From an uncultured Desulfospira sp. (GTDB lineage: Bacteria; Desulfobacterota; Desulfobacteria; Desulfobacterales; Desulfobacteraceae), in the NCBI GenBank assembly GCA_963663165.1, contig OY760175.1, forward strand, positions 5,248,001 through 5,312,000: DNA of 64,000 bases, given 5' to 3'. The notes under the pieces were generated by a model, which worked only from the letters and a program-made list of their open reading frames with translations, was not told where the DNA came from and ran no database searches. Below are positions 1 to 9,461 of the stretch, piece after piece (positions within the stretch are counted from its first letter, which is position 1; every line of letters begins with the position of its first letter). The translations under genes were made by a program, and so were the position numbers.

Positions 1-442
1 AAATTTTTGACCATCCGGATACATTCAAGCCTTGATCCATCCGGCAGGCAGTGAAACGTCAATTTTTCTTCCAAATATCCATGGGCAGCATAAAAGCCTT
101 TTGCATTTAATGTGGCATAAACCGTAATTTTTATAAGGTTATTTTTTCGGGCTGTCTTCTCAAGTTCACCAAGGAGTGTTGACCCAATCCCCTTTCCGGT
201 AACTTCAGGATGAATGTAAATGGCACTGATTTGTGCATTTTCAACATCTATAATTCCTATTCCCGTCAGATCCTGTTGAGAATTACAAGCAACCAAAAAT
301 ACCTTTTCTCTTAAGGCTTGATCGCGGTCCAGGCGTTTAACTGTTCATGGGTATAGTGATCAGCGCACAGTTTTCTGGTTGACTCGATATGCAGCCTTGA
401 AATATGTTCCTTATCAGCAACGGTTGCTTTTCTTATGTTCAT
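1..442 (-). pseudogene. GNAT acetyltransferase, frameshifted; runs off the window edge
   Basis: ATG at 442 gives MNIRKATVADKEHISRLH...NAWTAIKP*. Another frame continues DQALREKVFLVA...AIYIHPEVTGKGIGSTLL...ATLNAKGFYAAHGY (GNAT motifs A/B). Break near 325. Confidence 0.75.
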
Positions 443-509
443 ATTTTTACATTTCTGTTCAAGGGTCAATATATAGGGGGTATCTGCATCGATTTTATTA
501 AAATTCCCC

Positions 510-880
510 TCAGGGGTCAGATACATTCTCAAGGGAACCGCCCGAACATTTCTGCACGAGTCCCCGTCCTCTATCATTGAACTTTCCCCAAAGTCTGCCG
601 TCATCCACTATCTCCCCGGCATCCTGGCCACCTTCGAGGTCGCACCCAAGCCCGATATCCGGATGCTGGGCATTGATGTCCACCTTAGGGATTCAAGCTG
701 GTTTTCGGTAAAACCGCTTATGCCTGCCTGCTTGAGGCCCGTATGGAAAAGGCATATGCCCTTTTGTCCCAGGGCCGGATGAATGTCAGCGAAGTGGCCT
801 GGGAAGTCGGCTACATCAATGTCAGCCATTTTGGCGCAGCATTCCGGAAACAATACGGCGTAAATCCCAAGGTGTTCCAG
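510..880 (+). pseudogene. AraC/PchR-like regulator remnant with internal deletion
   Basis: Putative N-domain fragment (510-686) is out of frame with the HTH segment GFKLVFGKTAYACLLEARMEKAYALL...VSEVAWEVGYINVSHFGAAFRKQYGVNPK. No start codon. Confidence 0.7.
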
Positions 881-1465
881 GTGGCCTGGCATCATAACCC
901 TGACCTGATGACCTATGCCGGTGTTTCCCGCGGGTATCGCAGCGGAGGCTTCAATACCGCTTATCAGGACGCTTCTGATATAAAATTCGGGAGTGAATTC
1001 AGCTGGAACTATGAACTGGGATGTAAATCCTCGTGGTTTAACCACCACCTTCAATTGAATACCACCCTGTTTTTTATCGAGATTAAAGACCAGCAGATCG
1101 TTCAATTGCTTCCCTCTGCAGATACCATAATCAAAAATGCCGGCAAATCCCGGAGCGAGGGCTTTGAAATAGAGACCAAAGCCCAATTGCATAAGGGCCT
1201 GACTCTGGAAGCAGGCCTGGGGTATGCCGACTCGGAATTCAAAGACTACACTGATCCTTTGGCCGGTACGGACTATAAAGGCAACAGGACCCCTCTGGCA
1301 CCTGAATACACGTACAATCTTGCCCTGCAGTACAATAAATCCCTGTCAGACCGGTGGGATATTTTTTTGAGGACGGAACTCAACGGTATTGGCTCCTTTT
1401 GCTGGGACGATGCCAATACACTGAAGCAGGATTCTTACCGGCTGGTGAACATGAGCCTTGGCAGG
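875..1465 (+). pseudogene. TonB-dependent receptor barrel fragment (FyuA/FptA-like), fused in frame to the AraC HTH
   Basis: TYAGVSRGYRSGGFN...WNYELGCKS...NAGKSRSEGFEIE...GNRTPLAPEYTYNL motifs. Lacks signal peptide, plug and the terminal strands. Confidence 0.8.
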
Positions 1466-1879
1466 AGAGGACGTTTTGTCTATCCCAAAACGATTTCAAC
1501 AGATTTTTTTTGTAAGGTTTGTTTTTGATTTTTTAGTTAAGGAAAACAAGACGTTATTGTATCCCAAATTTGAATTAAACACCTTATCAGAACAAAAGAG
1601 GCGCTTTTATGGCCCCTTGTATTCAACCGAGATCCGACTTTATTTATCCTGGTGCCGGGCAGTTTGGCGAATTTGTTTACGAGATTGACGGCATGGCCGG
1701 GCTCAACTGCCTGCCAATGGTATTTCCGGTTGTTTGGCTGCATGAACGGGCCTGCCGCAGCCTATCCCCGTATTGATTTCAAGGTGGCCAATGCACCGGA
1801 TTCATTTGGAATCCTCAGCCCGCCGCAACTTCAGGGGTTTTCCCTGGGCCTGTTTTACCAAGGCCGGGCCATGATGCTT

Positions 1880-2533
1880 TTATTCCGGCAGTTTGATCAT
1901 AAGGGCGTCGGCAGTTTCGCCGGACCCCGGCAGAACGGAAAGCAGGCCGTCAACTTTTTGCTGTTCTGTGAGGTCCATGATGAACGGTTCCCAATTGCAC
2001 CACAGGGTGGTGCACTCAGAGAGGATGGAATCCGCCGCATAAGTATGACCGGCAACTGCTGTAAATTCAATAAGGACACCGACGGTTGATTTTTTCTGGG
2101 CGTACAGGGGGTCATTGTACCATATGGTTAACGTGTGCGTTCCCGGAAGAACGGTTACTTTGGTGATGCCGATTGACCGGGCCAGGGTAAAATATCCTCC
2201 GCCAAAGGGCAAAAATGATTTTCCCGCATTGGGCCGGGTCTCCCGGCCGTTGATCTGGGTAATCCATGTGCCGTTGTTGATCAGGACAAAGGTGGCGATT
2301 TCTGAATCCGGCAAGGTTTTGCCTGAATAATGTTTGGATGTAAACCCTTTTGTCTTGGAGGCCATGGTGTCCGTTGTCGCCAGAAAATCGTTTGAATTCT
2401 TGCCTGTCGGACTGCATCCGGTCAATCCTCCTGCAAAGAGCAGCAACGCCCCTGTCAGCGCAATCCCCCTTTTTTTATACGAAAGCCTCATTAACGTCGG
2501 CCCTTTCTTTGTCTCCACACCACTTAACGCCAC
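1880..2533 (-). CDS. Hypothetical lipoprotein
   Basis: Basic N-terminus, hydrophobic stretch, lipobox LTGC; VLPGTHTL...FTAVAGHTY motif. Start may be 2491. Confidence 0.7.
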   Translation of the reverse strand: MALSGVETKKGPTLMRLSYKKRGIALTGALLLFAGGLTGCSPTGKNSNDFLATTDTMASKTKGFTSKHYSGKTLPDSEIATFVLINNGTWITQINGRETRPNAGKSFLPFGGGYFTLARSIGITKVTVLPGTHTLTIWYNDPLYAQKKSTVGVLIEFTAVAGHTYAADSILSECTTLWCNWEPFIMDLTEQQKVDGLLSVLPGSGETADALMIKLPE

Positions 2534-3078
2534 AGTTTGACGGTTCCGCCGGTCCGGGTCTTATATTCATGGGGGGATATCGGGGAGCGGTCTCCCTGAA
2601 AATACTTTTCCACCCGTTGTTTTATGGCGTCAGGATCCCGGTCCGCAATCTGTGAATAATCCTGGTCATCGGCAATATCAATGACCACAGGCTGCCATCT
2701 GTTGGAGGATAAAAATTCAGGTTTGATGTAATAGACATGACCTGCTTTTGCGGTGAAAGCAATGGGCATGTCGTTACCGATGGTTTTGCTGTATGTCCCG
2801 CCGGAATAATATCTGACCACCAGCGTATAGCTGCCGGGAAGAATTTCACCATTGGTCTCGGACCAGCATAACAGCTTTATTTTTTCCTGTCCTTGTCTGG
2901 TGATCTCTCCGATCTGGCAATGGCGTGCCAGGTATATAAAGGCAACCTCTTCTCTGGGGAACACTTCTCCGGTATAGTATCGTAGGCCTGAAAATGAGGC
3001 ACACCCGGAAAGAAAAAAAGAAAGAAATATAAAACAGCCGGTGAATCTAAGGCGATAATCTGTTTTCATGATCCCCAA
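2524..3078 (-). CDS. Hypothetical lipoprotein, paralog of the neighbouring gene
   Basis: Lipobox LSGC; ILPGSYTL...FTAKAGHVY motif. Confidence 0.7.
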   Translation of the reverse strand: MGIMKTDYRLRFTGCFIFLSFFLSGCASFSGLRYYTGEVFPREEVAFIYLARHCQIGEITRQGQEKIKLLCWSETNGEILPGSYTLVVRYYSGGTYSKTIGNDMPIAFTAKAGHVYYIKPEFLSSNRWQPVVIDIADDQDYSQIADRDPDAIKQRVEKYFQGDRSPISPHEYKTRTGGTVKLWR

Positions 3079-3179
3079 TATTAAACGAAAAAATATACCG
3101 TATTATTTGGGGGTGAAGATGAGCGCGTGCCTGTTGCTGAGGTAAGGTATCAAAATCCCCAAATCTCAAAGGTTCTTTT

Positions 3180-3215
3180 CCTGATACAAGAACAACATGC
3201 AGTTCTTGTATCAGG
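3180..3215. terminator. Perfect 14-bp stem hairpin
   Basis: CCTGATACAAGAAC-8nt-GTTCTTGTATCAGG downstream of the amidohydrolase gene. Confidence 0.5.
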
Positions 3216-3258
3216 GGGATCTAATCCGGTCAAGGTAAAAAAATAACCGGTGGATTAT

Positions 3259-4113
3259 TTAAGAACCAACCGCTTTTGAATAGAATACGGCGGCGTTTTT
3301 TCCTAAAACCATGTCCTTTTGCTCTTGGTTGAGCCCGGACTGGTCCAGGTCTTTGTAGTACCGCTGGGGCTTGAGCAGGGGAAAATCCGTTCCAAACAGG
3401 ACTTTATCGATCACCCCGGCGGCGGCTGCCATGTCATAGATACTTGAATCATAAAGAAACACAGAGGCGGCCGTGTCATACCAGATGTTTTTTAGATCTT
3501 GTTTTAACTGCCGCTTCATTACATGGTAAAAAAAGATGCCGCCCCCCCAGTGGGCCAGGATAATCCGGTTGTCCGGGAAGGTTCTGGCAAGGGTGTTGAT
3601 CTGGTCAAGGGTGACCGGTGTTTTGCCCGGATACAGGTGGCCCAATGGCTCGTTAGTGTGGATCATGCAGGGCAGGTTGCCCTTGTCCCGCAGGACCGCC
3701 ATGACCGGGCTCAGGCTTTCCAGGGCGGTACGGTCAATTCCTGACAAATAAAAGGCCAGCTCCCCGACGCCGGAAAGCCCGGCATCAATACACCGTTCAG
3801 CCTCCCGGGCCGCTTCGGGCCAGGCCGCGTTAAAACAGGCAAGCCCCCGGATCCTGTCCGGATACTTTAGCACGGCCTCAATGACCATATCATTGTTTTG
3901 CCTGGCATATTCGGGGTGACGCCAGGGAAACCCCGACACCACGGATATATCCACTTGCTGTTCGTCCATGACGCGGATCAGTTCTTCGACCCCGGAAATG
4001 GGGGATTTGGGCGAATCATAAAGGAGTTTGAATTCAGGTTCACCGTTAAAAAACGGTGACCGGTCCGATTGAACGGCTTTTGAAAACAGGTGAACGTGGC
4101 TGTCGATAATCAT
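3259..4113 (-). CDS. Amidohydrolase family 2 (TIM-barrel metallohydrolase)
   Basis: IIDSHVH, IHT, LAHWGGG, FGTDFP motifs. Confidence 0.9.
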   Translation of the reverse strand: MIIDSHVHLFSKAVQSDRSPFFNGEPEFKLLYDSPKSPISGVEELIRVMDEQQVDISVVSGFPWRHPEYARQNNDMVIEAVLKYPDRIRGLACFNAAWPEAAREAERCIDAGLSGVGELAFYLSGIDRTALESLSPVMAVLRDKGNLPCMIHTNEPLGHLYPGKTPVTLDQINTLARTFPDNRIILAHWGGGIFFYHVMKRQLKQDLKNIWYDTAASVFLYDSSIYDMAAAAGVIDKVLFGTDFPLLKPQRYYKDLDQSGLNQEQKDMVLGKNAAVFYSKAVGS

Positions 4114-4151
4114 TAAAATCTCTCCTAACTTTACTGGGTCAGCCCTTCAGG

Positions 4152-4317
4152 GTAACCGTATTTGTAATAATACAGTTAATCCAATATAATGGACTTGGGA
4201 CTTGGAATATGGGGCTTGCAGTATCCGTGGCCTCCCCAAGTCCCAAGTCCAAATTTTTTACATTATTAAATCCACCAACGATCCCCAAATACCATGCCGG
4301 ATTATAAATACGGCTAC
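4152..4317. repeat. MITE-like element family C, copy 1 (internal GGACTTG heptamer hairpin)
   Basis: TIRs GTAACCGTATTTGTAAT / ATTATAAATACGGCTAC; homologous in reverse orientation to 33000-33189. Confidence 0.8.
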
Positions 4318-4400
4318 CCTGTGCAACCCTTCAATAACGATTGAAAATTAACCCGTATCAATATATATTAACTATTTTGTTTGAACAAGGAAGAATCAAA

Positions 4401-5063
4401 ATGAAGTATTACCCGGTATGCCTTGATGTGAAACAGCGGAACTGTCTGGTGGTTGGCGGCGGTTCCGTGGGATTTAGAAAGGCATTGGGGCTTGAAAAAT
4501 GCGGCGCCAGGGTCAGGGTGGTCAGCCCTGAGTTTTCACCACAGTTTAACGCCCATCAAAGCCGGGGGATTCAACTGCAATCCCGGGCTTATCAGACATC
4601 GGATCTTGAGGGAACGTTTCTGGTCTTTGCGGCCACGGATAATGCCGATCTGAACCGGGAGGTCATGGATGATGCCAAGGCGCGCGGGGTGTTGTGCTGC
4701 CTGGCAGACCGGCCTGAATGCAGTGATTTTATCCTGCCGGCAGTGGTTGAACAGGGGGACCTGGTCTTATCCGTTTCCACGTCAGGGGCAAGTCCTGCCC
4801 TGGCCCGGAAGATTAAACAGGATATCAGCCGGATGTTCGGGCCGGAATATGCGGTCTTCTTAAGGCTTATGAGACAGATCCGGCAGCGGCTGCTGTCAGA
4901 AGGCCATGATCCTTCAGGGCATCGGCAGGTGTTTACCACCCTGGCCGGGTCTGATATCCCCGGGTTGATCCGTGCCGGGAATACACAAAAGATTGATTCG
5001 ATTTTAACAGGTTTGCTGGGCAGCGAATTTACCTATGAAAGCCTGGCGCCACGGGAGGACTAA
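4401..5063 (+). CDS. sirC: Precorrin-2 dehydrogenase / sirohydrochlorin ferrochelatase (CysG N-terminal like)
   Basis: YYPVCLD, VVGGGSVG, FAATD, STSGASPALA. Confidence 0.9.
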   Translation: MKYYPVCLDVKQRNCLVVGGGSVGFRKALGLEKCGARVRVVSPEFSPQFNAHQSRGIQLQSRAYQTSDLEGTFLVFAATDNADLNREVMDDAKARGVLCCLADRPECSDFILPAVVEQGDLVLSVSTSGASPALARKIKQDISRMFGPEYAVFLRLMRQIRQRLLSEGHDPSGHRQVFTTLAGSDIPGLIRAGNTQKIDSILTGLLGSEFTYESLAPRED

Positions 5064-5897
5064 ATGACGTTGGAATCGGCAAGAATGCTGCTGCAACTGG
5101 CATTTATTCTGTACTGTTCGGGCACGGCCGGTTATGTGTACTACCTTTTTTTTCAAAAGGATAAGATCCAGCAATATTCTTTTGGGCTGACATCCCTGGC
5201 CGTGCTGGTCCATTTTGCCGGGATGGTCTGCCAGGTCGCAGCCATTAAAACCATTCCCGTGTACAACCTTGTCCAGAACCTGTCAATGGCCGGGCTGGCA
5301 TTGGGTGTCATGTTTGTGATCATTCAGCTTAAGTTTAACCTGAAGATTTTAGGGGTGTTTGCCTCATCCATTCTGACGGTCATCATGGCGGCGGTCATGC
5401 TGCTGCCGGACACGCCGGTAGGGGCCGATAAGATTTTCAAAGGGTTCTGGCTTTATTCCCATATTGTCCTGGTGTTTACCGGGGAAGGGGCCCTGGCCCT
5501 GGCCAGTGGCGCCGGCATCCTTTACCTTCTCCAGGAAAAAGGAATCCGGCAGAAAAAAACCGGATTTTTTTTCAGCCGGCTGCCGTCTTTGGATTTTCTG
5601 GATGATGTGAGCTATGCCTGTATCGGTACCGGGTTTGCCCTTTTAACCTTTGGTCTGGTGACCGGGTTTATCTATGCCAAATCCGTATGGGGCCGTTTCT
5701 GGAACTGGGATGTCAAAGAAATTTTTTCCGTGGGAACCTGGCTGATGTATGCGGCCATCCTTCATTTCCGATTTTACTCCGGGTGGCGGGGCCGGCGCTC
5801 GGCCATCATGACTATTGTGGGGTTTCTGGTCATGGTGTTTACGTTTTTAGGGGTAAATTTTTTCCTGGGCGGCCATCATCAGGGGTTTACTCAGTAA
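5064..5897 (+). CDS. ccsA: Cytochrome c biogenesis CcsA/HemX-family membrane protein
   Basis: Multi-TM protein, WGRFWNWDVKE (WWD) motif, position between sirC and hemA. Confidence 0.85.
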   Translation: MTLESARMLLQLAFILYCSGTAGYVYYLFFQKDKIQQYSFGLTSLAVLVHFAGMVCQVAAIKTIPVYNLVQNLSMAGLALGVMFVIIQLKFNLKILGVFASSILTVIMAAVMLLPDTPVGADKIFKGFWLYSHIVLVFTGEGALALASGAGILYLLQEKGIRQKKTGFFFSRLPSLDFLDDVSYACIGTGFALLTFGLVTGFIYAKSVWGRFWNWDVKEIFSVGTWLMYAAILHFRFYSGWRGRRSAIMTIVGFLVMVFTFLGVNFFLGGHHQGFTQ

Positions 5898-5981
5898 GGA
5901 CGAGGGATGGCGGATGAATATTGGGGGTTGAAGGCTTCAAGGATGAGAAGGGACCCTTGGTAAGGGTGATAAGAAACAAGA

Positions 5982-7286
5982 ATGATTGATAATTTTCATA
6001 CGGTGGCCAAGCCGGATATTTATTTAATCGGGGCCAGCCACCGGACGGCTCCTGTTGAGCTTCGAGAAAAGTTGGCCTTTTCCCAGGAGGAAAGTGCTGC
6101 GCTTTTAAACCGGTTCAGGTCAGATGAGATGTTCCGGGAAGGCATCCTTTTTTCCACCTGTAACCGGACAGAGGTTCTTTTCATCCCCCATGAGAACCAG
6201 GAAAACCCCGTGGAAAAGATGGTGGAAACAATCAGTTCTTTTAAAGGGATAAAATCCTCCGAGTTTCAGTCCGCCTTATATATTCATAAGGGGGAGGAGG
6301 CGGTCCGCCATATTTTCAGGGTGGCCGCAAGCCTTGATTCCATGATGGTCGGCGAACCCCAGATCCTTGGCCAGGTTAAACAGGCCTATCGGATGGCGGT
6401 TGAGTGTAAAACCTCGGGGGTGCTGGTGAACCGGATGATGCACAAGGCGTTTTCTGTTGCCAAGCGCGTCAGAAAAGAAACCGGGATCGGGGATAATGCC
6501 GTGTCCATCAGCTATGCGGCCATAGAACTTGCCCATAAAATTTTTTCAGACCTGTCAACAAAAACAGCCATGCTGTTAGGGGCAGGGGAGATGGCTGAGC
6601 TTGCCGTTGAACACCTGGCCGCCAACAAGGTCAACCACATTTACGTGGCCAACCGGACCTTTAAAAACGCCATGGCCCTGGCCAAGAAATTCGATGGTGA
6701 AGCGGTACGGTTTGAAGACCGGGGACAGATGCTCAAGGATGTGGACATTATCATCAGTTCAACCGGAGCCCAGGGGTATGTCCTTACCCGGGACCAGGTC
6801 AAAGCGGCCATGAAAAAAAGGAATCACCGGACCCTGTTTTTTATCGACATTGCCGTGCCAAGGGATATTGATCCGGATATCGGCACCGTGCCCAACGCCT
6901 ATGTGTATGACATTGATGACCTTGAAAGCATTGTCCATTCCAACATCCGGCAGCGGGAGCAGGAAACCTTCAAGGCCGAGCGGTTTGTGGAACAGGCCGT
7001 GTTTACCTTTCAAAAATGGATGGACAGTCTTTCAATCGTGCCCACCATCAAGGCCATTAACGACAAGATGGCCCAGATTGTGGAAATGGAGGTTGACAAA
7101 ACCATTGCCCATCTTGGCGATCTGTCCGAAGAGCAAATCAATGCCATACAGCGGATGACCCGGGCCATTGCCTCCAGGGCCATGCATGACCCCATCAAAT
7201 TTTTGCGCAATATCGGCGACCACCGGAATGATTCCCTTTATCTGAATGTCACACGGCAGTTGTTCAATCTGGATATGAAAGAATAA
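5982..7286 (+). CDS. hemA: Glutamyl-tRNA reductase
   Basis: HRTAPVELRE, STCNRTE, SLDSMMVGEPQILGQ, DIAVPRD. Confidence 0.97.
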   Translation: MIDNFHTVAKPDIYLIGASHRTAPVELREKLAFSQEESAALLNRFRSDEMFREGILFSTCNRTEVLFIPHENQENPVEKMVETISSFKGIKSSEFQSALYIHKGEEAVRHIFRVAASLDSMMVGEPQILGQVKQAYRMAVECKTSGVLVNRMMHKAFSVAKRVRKETGIGDNAVSISYAAIELAHKIFSDLSTKTAMLLGAGEMAELAVEHLAANKVNHIYVANRTFKNAMALAKKFDGEAVRFEDRGQMLKDVDIIISSTGAQGYVLTRDQVKAAMKKRNHRTLFFIDIAVPRDIDPDIGTVPNAYVYDIDDLESIVHSNIRQREQETFKAERFVEQAVFTFQKWMDSLSIVPTIKAINDKMAQIVEMEVDKTIAHLGDLSEEQINAIQRMTRAIASRAMHDPIKFLRNIGDHRNDSLYLNVTRQLFNLDMKE

Positions 7287-7363
7287 GTTGGCTTTACTTT
7301 TCAGGGTTTGGTGATATAATACTTCATTTGAGTATCCTTCAGCACAATATAATAAAAGGGACA

Positions 7364-7732
7364 ATGATCATGAAAGAAGAAGATCTGAAGTATTTTAAAA
7401 CTCTTTTAACGGACAGGCTCAATGAGCTTTTGTCCCATGCTGACAGTACGGTGGAGGGGATGACCAAGCCAAAGGAGAATTTCGCCGATCCCACAGACCG
7501 GGCATCCCACGAAGCGGAAAGAAGTTTTGAACTGCGGATCAGGGACCGTGAGCATAAACTGATTAAAAAGATAAAAAAAGCCCTGGTAAGGATTGAAAAC
7601 GGAACCTTTGGCGTCTGTGAAGTCTGTGAGGAAGATATCTCCATTGAACGGCTCAAGGCCAGGCCCGTGACCACCCATTGCATTGACTGCAAAACCAGGG
7701 AAGAAGATATGGAGAAAGCGCTCGGCCTTTAA
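7364..7732 (+). CDS. dksA: RNA polymerase-binding protein DksA
   Basis: DPTDRA motif, CxxC...RLKARP...CIDC zinc finger. Start 7364 or 7370. Confidence 0.93.
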   Translation: MIMKEEDLKYFKTLLTDRLNELLSHADSTVEGMTKPKENFADPTDRASHEAERSFELRIRDREHKLIKKIKKALVRIENGTFGVCEVCEEDISIERLKARPVTTHCIDCKTREEDMEKALGL

Positions 7733-7751
7733 CGGGCTTTGGGAAAGACCC

Positions 7752-9326
7752 TTGATTGACCTTCACATACATTCTACCGCTTCTGACGGCTCTTTTACCC
7801 CCCTGGAAATTCTGAGCCTTTCAAAGGATAAGGGCCTTGAGGCCATCTCTTTGACCGATCACGATACCATTGAGGGAATCAGGGCAATTCATGAACATCT
7901 TCACTGCTTTTCCTTAGAGTTTATCTCCGGGGTCGAACTGTCCTGCACCCCACCTGAAGAATTCAAACGCGCTGGCAGCGTCCACATGCTTGGTTACGGG
8001 TTTTCCGTCTATGATACCCGGTTAAACCATTTGCTTGAAGAGGCAAAAGCCGCCAGAGAACAACGCAATTCAAAAATTATCAAAGCCCTGAATCAGATTG
8101 GCGTTCATATCAGCCTTAAAGAGGTCGAGGACCGGTTCGGCGCAGAACAGACCGGCCGCCCCCATATTGCCGAGCTTCTTAAAGAAAAGGGCGTGGTTGA
8201 CAGCTTTGACCAGGCCTTTAAATTATACTTAGGACAGGGCAAACCCGGGTATGTGGATAAATATAAAGTTTCCTGCGAAACAGCCATTCAGGTCATTACC
8301 GATGCCGGCGGGGTTCCGGTGCTGGCCCATCCGGGGCTGCTCAGACTCGACACCGACAGTGAGCTGGCCGCCTTTGTCCAAAAACTTGCCGGGTACGGTC
8401 TTCAGGGGATTGAAGTCTTTTATACAGACCATGATTCTGAACGAACGGCCTTTTTTAAGTCCCTTGCCGAACAAAACAAGCTGTTAACCACCGGTGGATC
8501 GGATTTTCACGGCACTTTTAACGCCGGGGTTGAACTGGGCACGGGCAAGGGAAATCTTGACATCGGGTTTGGCCTTTTCCAGACCCTGGCCAGGCGGGCA
8601 GCCTCCATCAGGACCCTTCACGTCCGGCTGGACATCCTTGAATCCAACTTAGGATACCGGTTTATTGACCGGCCGCTTTTGGAAAATGCCCTGTGCCACC
8701 GGTCCTACCTGAATGAAAATCAGAAAACCTGTTCATCGGACAACGAGCGCCTTGAATTTTTAGGGGATGCGGTCCTTGGCCTGTGTGTGGGCCATATTCT
8801 CATGAAAAGCAATCCGGATAAAAAAGAGGGCGACCTGTCAAAGCTTCGGTCCAGCCTGGTTTCAGAACCTGCCCTGGCCGACATGGCCAGAAAGATTGAC
8901 CTTGGGCGGTTTGTCCGGCTTGGAAAAGGGGAGGCCGTGTCGGGCGGGGCGGATAAAGATTCCATCCTTTCCGATGCCTTTGAGGCCTTGATGGCCGCTG
9001 TTTACCTGGATTCCGGGTTTGAGCGGACCTTTGAACTGGTTCAGGGCCTGTTTTCCCCCTGCATTGAAACGGCAGAGTCCAGCCTGCAAATCAGCGATTA
9101 TAAAAGCGCCCTCCAGGAGTATGCCCAGGAGGCGTGGTCGGTGACGCCGTCTTACACCCTGTCCGGCGAGATGGGGCCGGACCACGACAAAATTTTTGAA
9201 ATCAGCCTGGAACTGCCCCATATCCGGTCCACCGGTTTCGGAAAGACCAAAAAGGCAGCCGAACAGGAATCGGCCAGAAATGCCCTGGAACAGATTTACA
9301 GCGAACGGGACCAAAGCGCCGGATAA
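7752..9326 (+). CDS. rnc: PHP (TrpH/YciV-like) domain fused to ribonuclease III
   Basis: IDLHIHSTASDG, DHDT, GRPHIA, AHP, GGSDFHG, then NERLEFLGDAVL and a dsRBD (PDH...GKTKKAAEQ) in one ORF. TTG start inferred. Confidence 0.9.
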   Translation: MIDLHIHSTASDGSFTPLEILSLSKDKGLEAISLTDHDTIEGIRAIHEHLHCFSLEFISGVELSCTPPEEFKRAGSVHMLGYGFSVYDTRLNHLLEEAKAAREQRNSKIIKALNQIGVHISLKEVEDRFGAEQTGRPHIAELLKEKGVVDSFDQAFKLYLGQGKPGYVDKYKVSCETAIQVITDAGGVPVLAHPGLLRLDTDSELAAFVQKLAGYGLQGIEVFYTDHDSERTAFFKSLAEQNKLLTTGGSDFHGTFNAGVELGTGKGNLDIGFGLFQTLARRAASIRTLHVRLDILESNLGYRFIDRPLLENALCHRSYLNENQKTCSSDNERLEFLGDAVLGLCVGHILMKSNPDKKEGDLSKLRSSLVSEPALADMARKIDLGRFVRLGKGEAVSGGADKDSILSDAFEALMAAVYLDSGFERTFELVQGLFSPCIETAESSLQISDYKSALQEYAQEAWSVTPSYTLSGEMGPDHDKIFEISLELPHIRSTGFGKTKKAAEQESARNALEQIYSERDQSAG

Positions 9327-9334
9327 ACAAAGGG

Positions 9335-9442
9335 TAACCGAAAAAGAATGGAGACCGGATACGGGAAGCGGGAGACCGGATGTTGCGAATCCCTTAGGGT
9401 TACGCATTCCGGTCTGCGGTCTCCTTTTCTCGGGTTTTCCAC
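9335..9442. repeat. Degenerate heptamer-based intergenic hairpin
   Basis: GGAGACC/GGATAC-type units mirrored by GGTCTCC/CCGGTCT units. Confidence 0.45.
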
Positions 9443-9461
9443 CATTTAAAGGTCTTGTATC

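Noticed and set aside
743..1528. Novel AraC-TonB receptor fusion protein
   Set aside because: Both parts are truncated and belong to incompatible compartments; best explained as a deletion scar.
1540..1880. Possible coding remnant downstream of the receptor fragment
   Set aside because: Only short frames with no identifiable motif.
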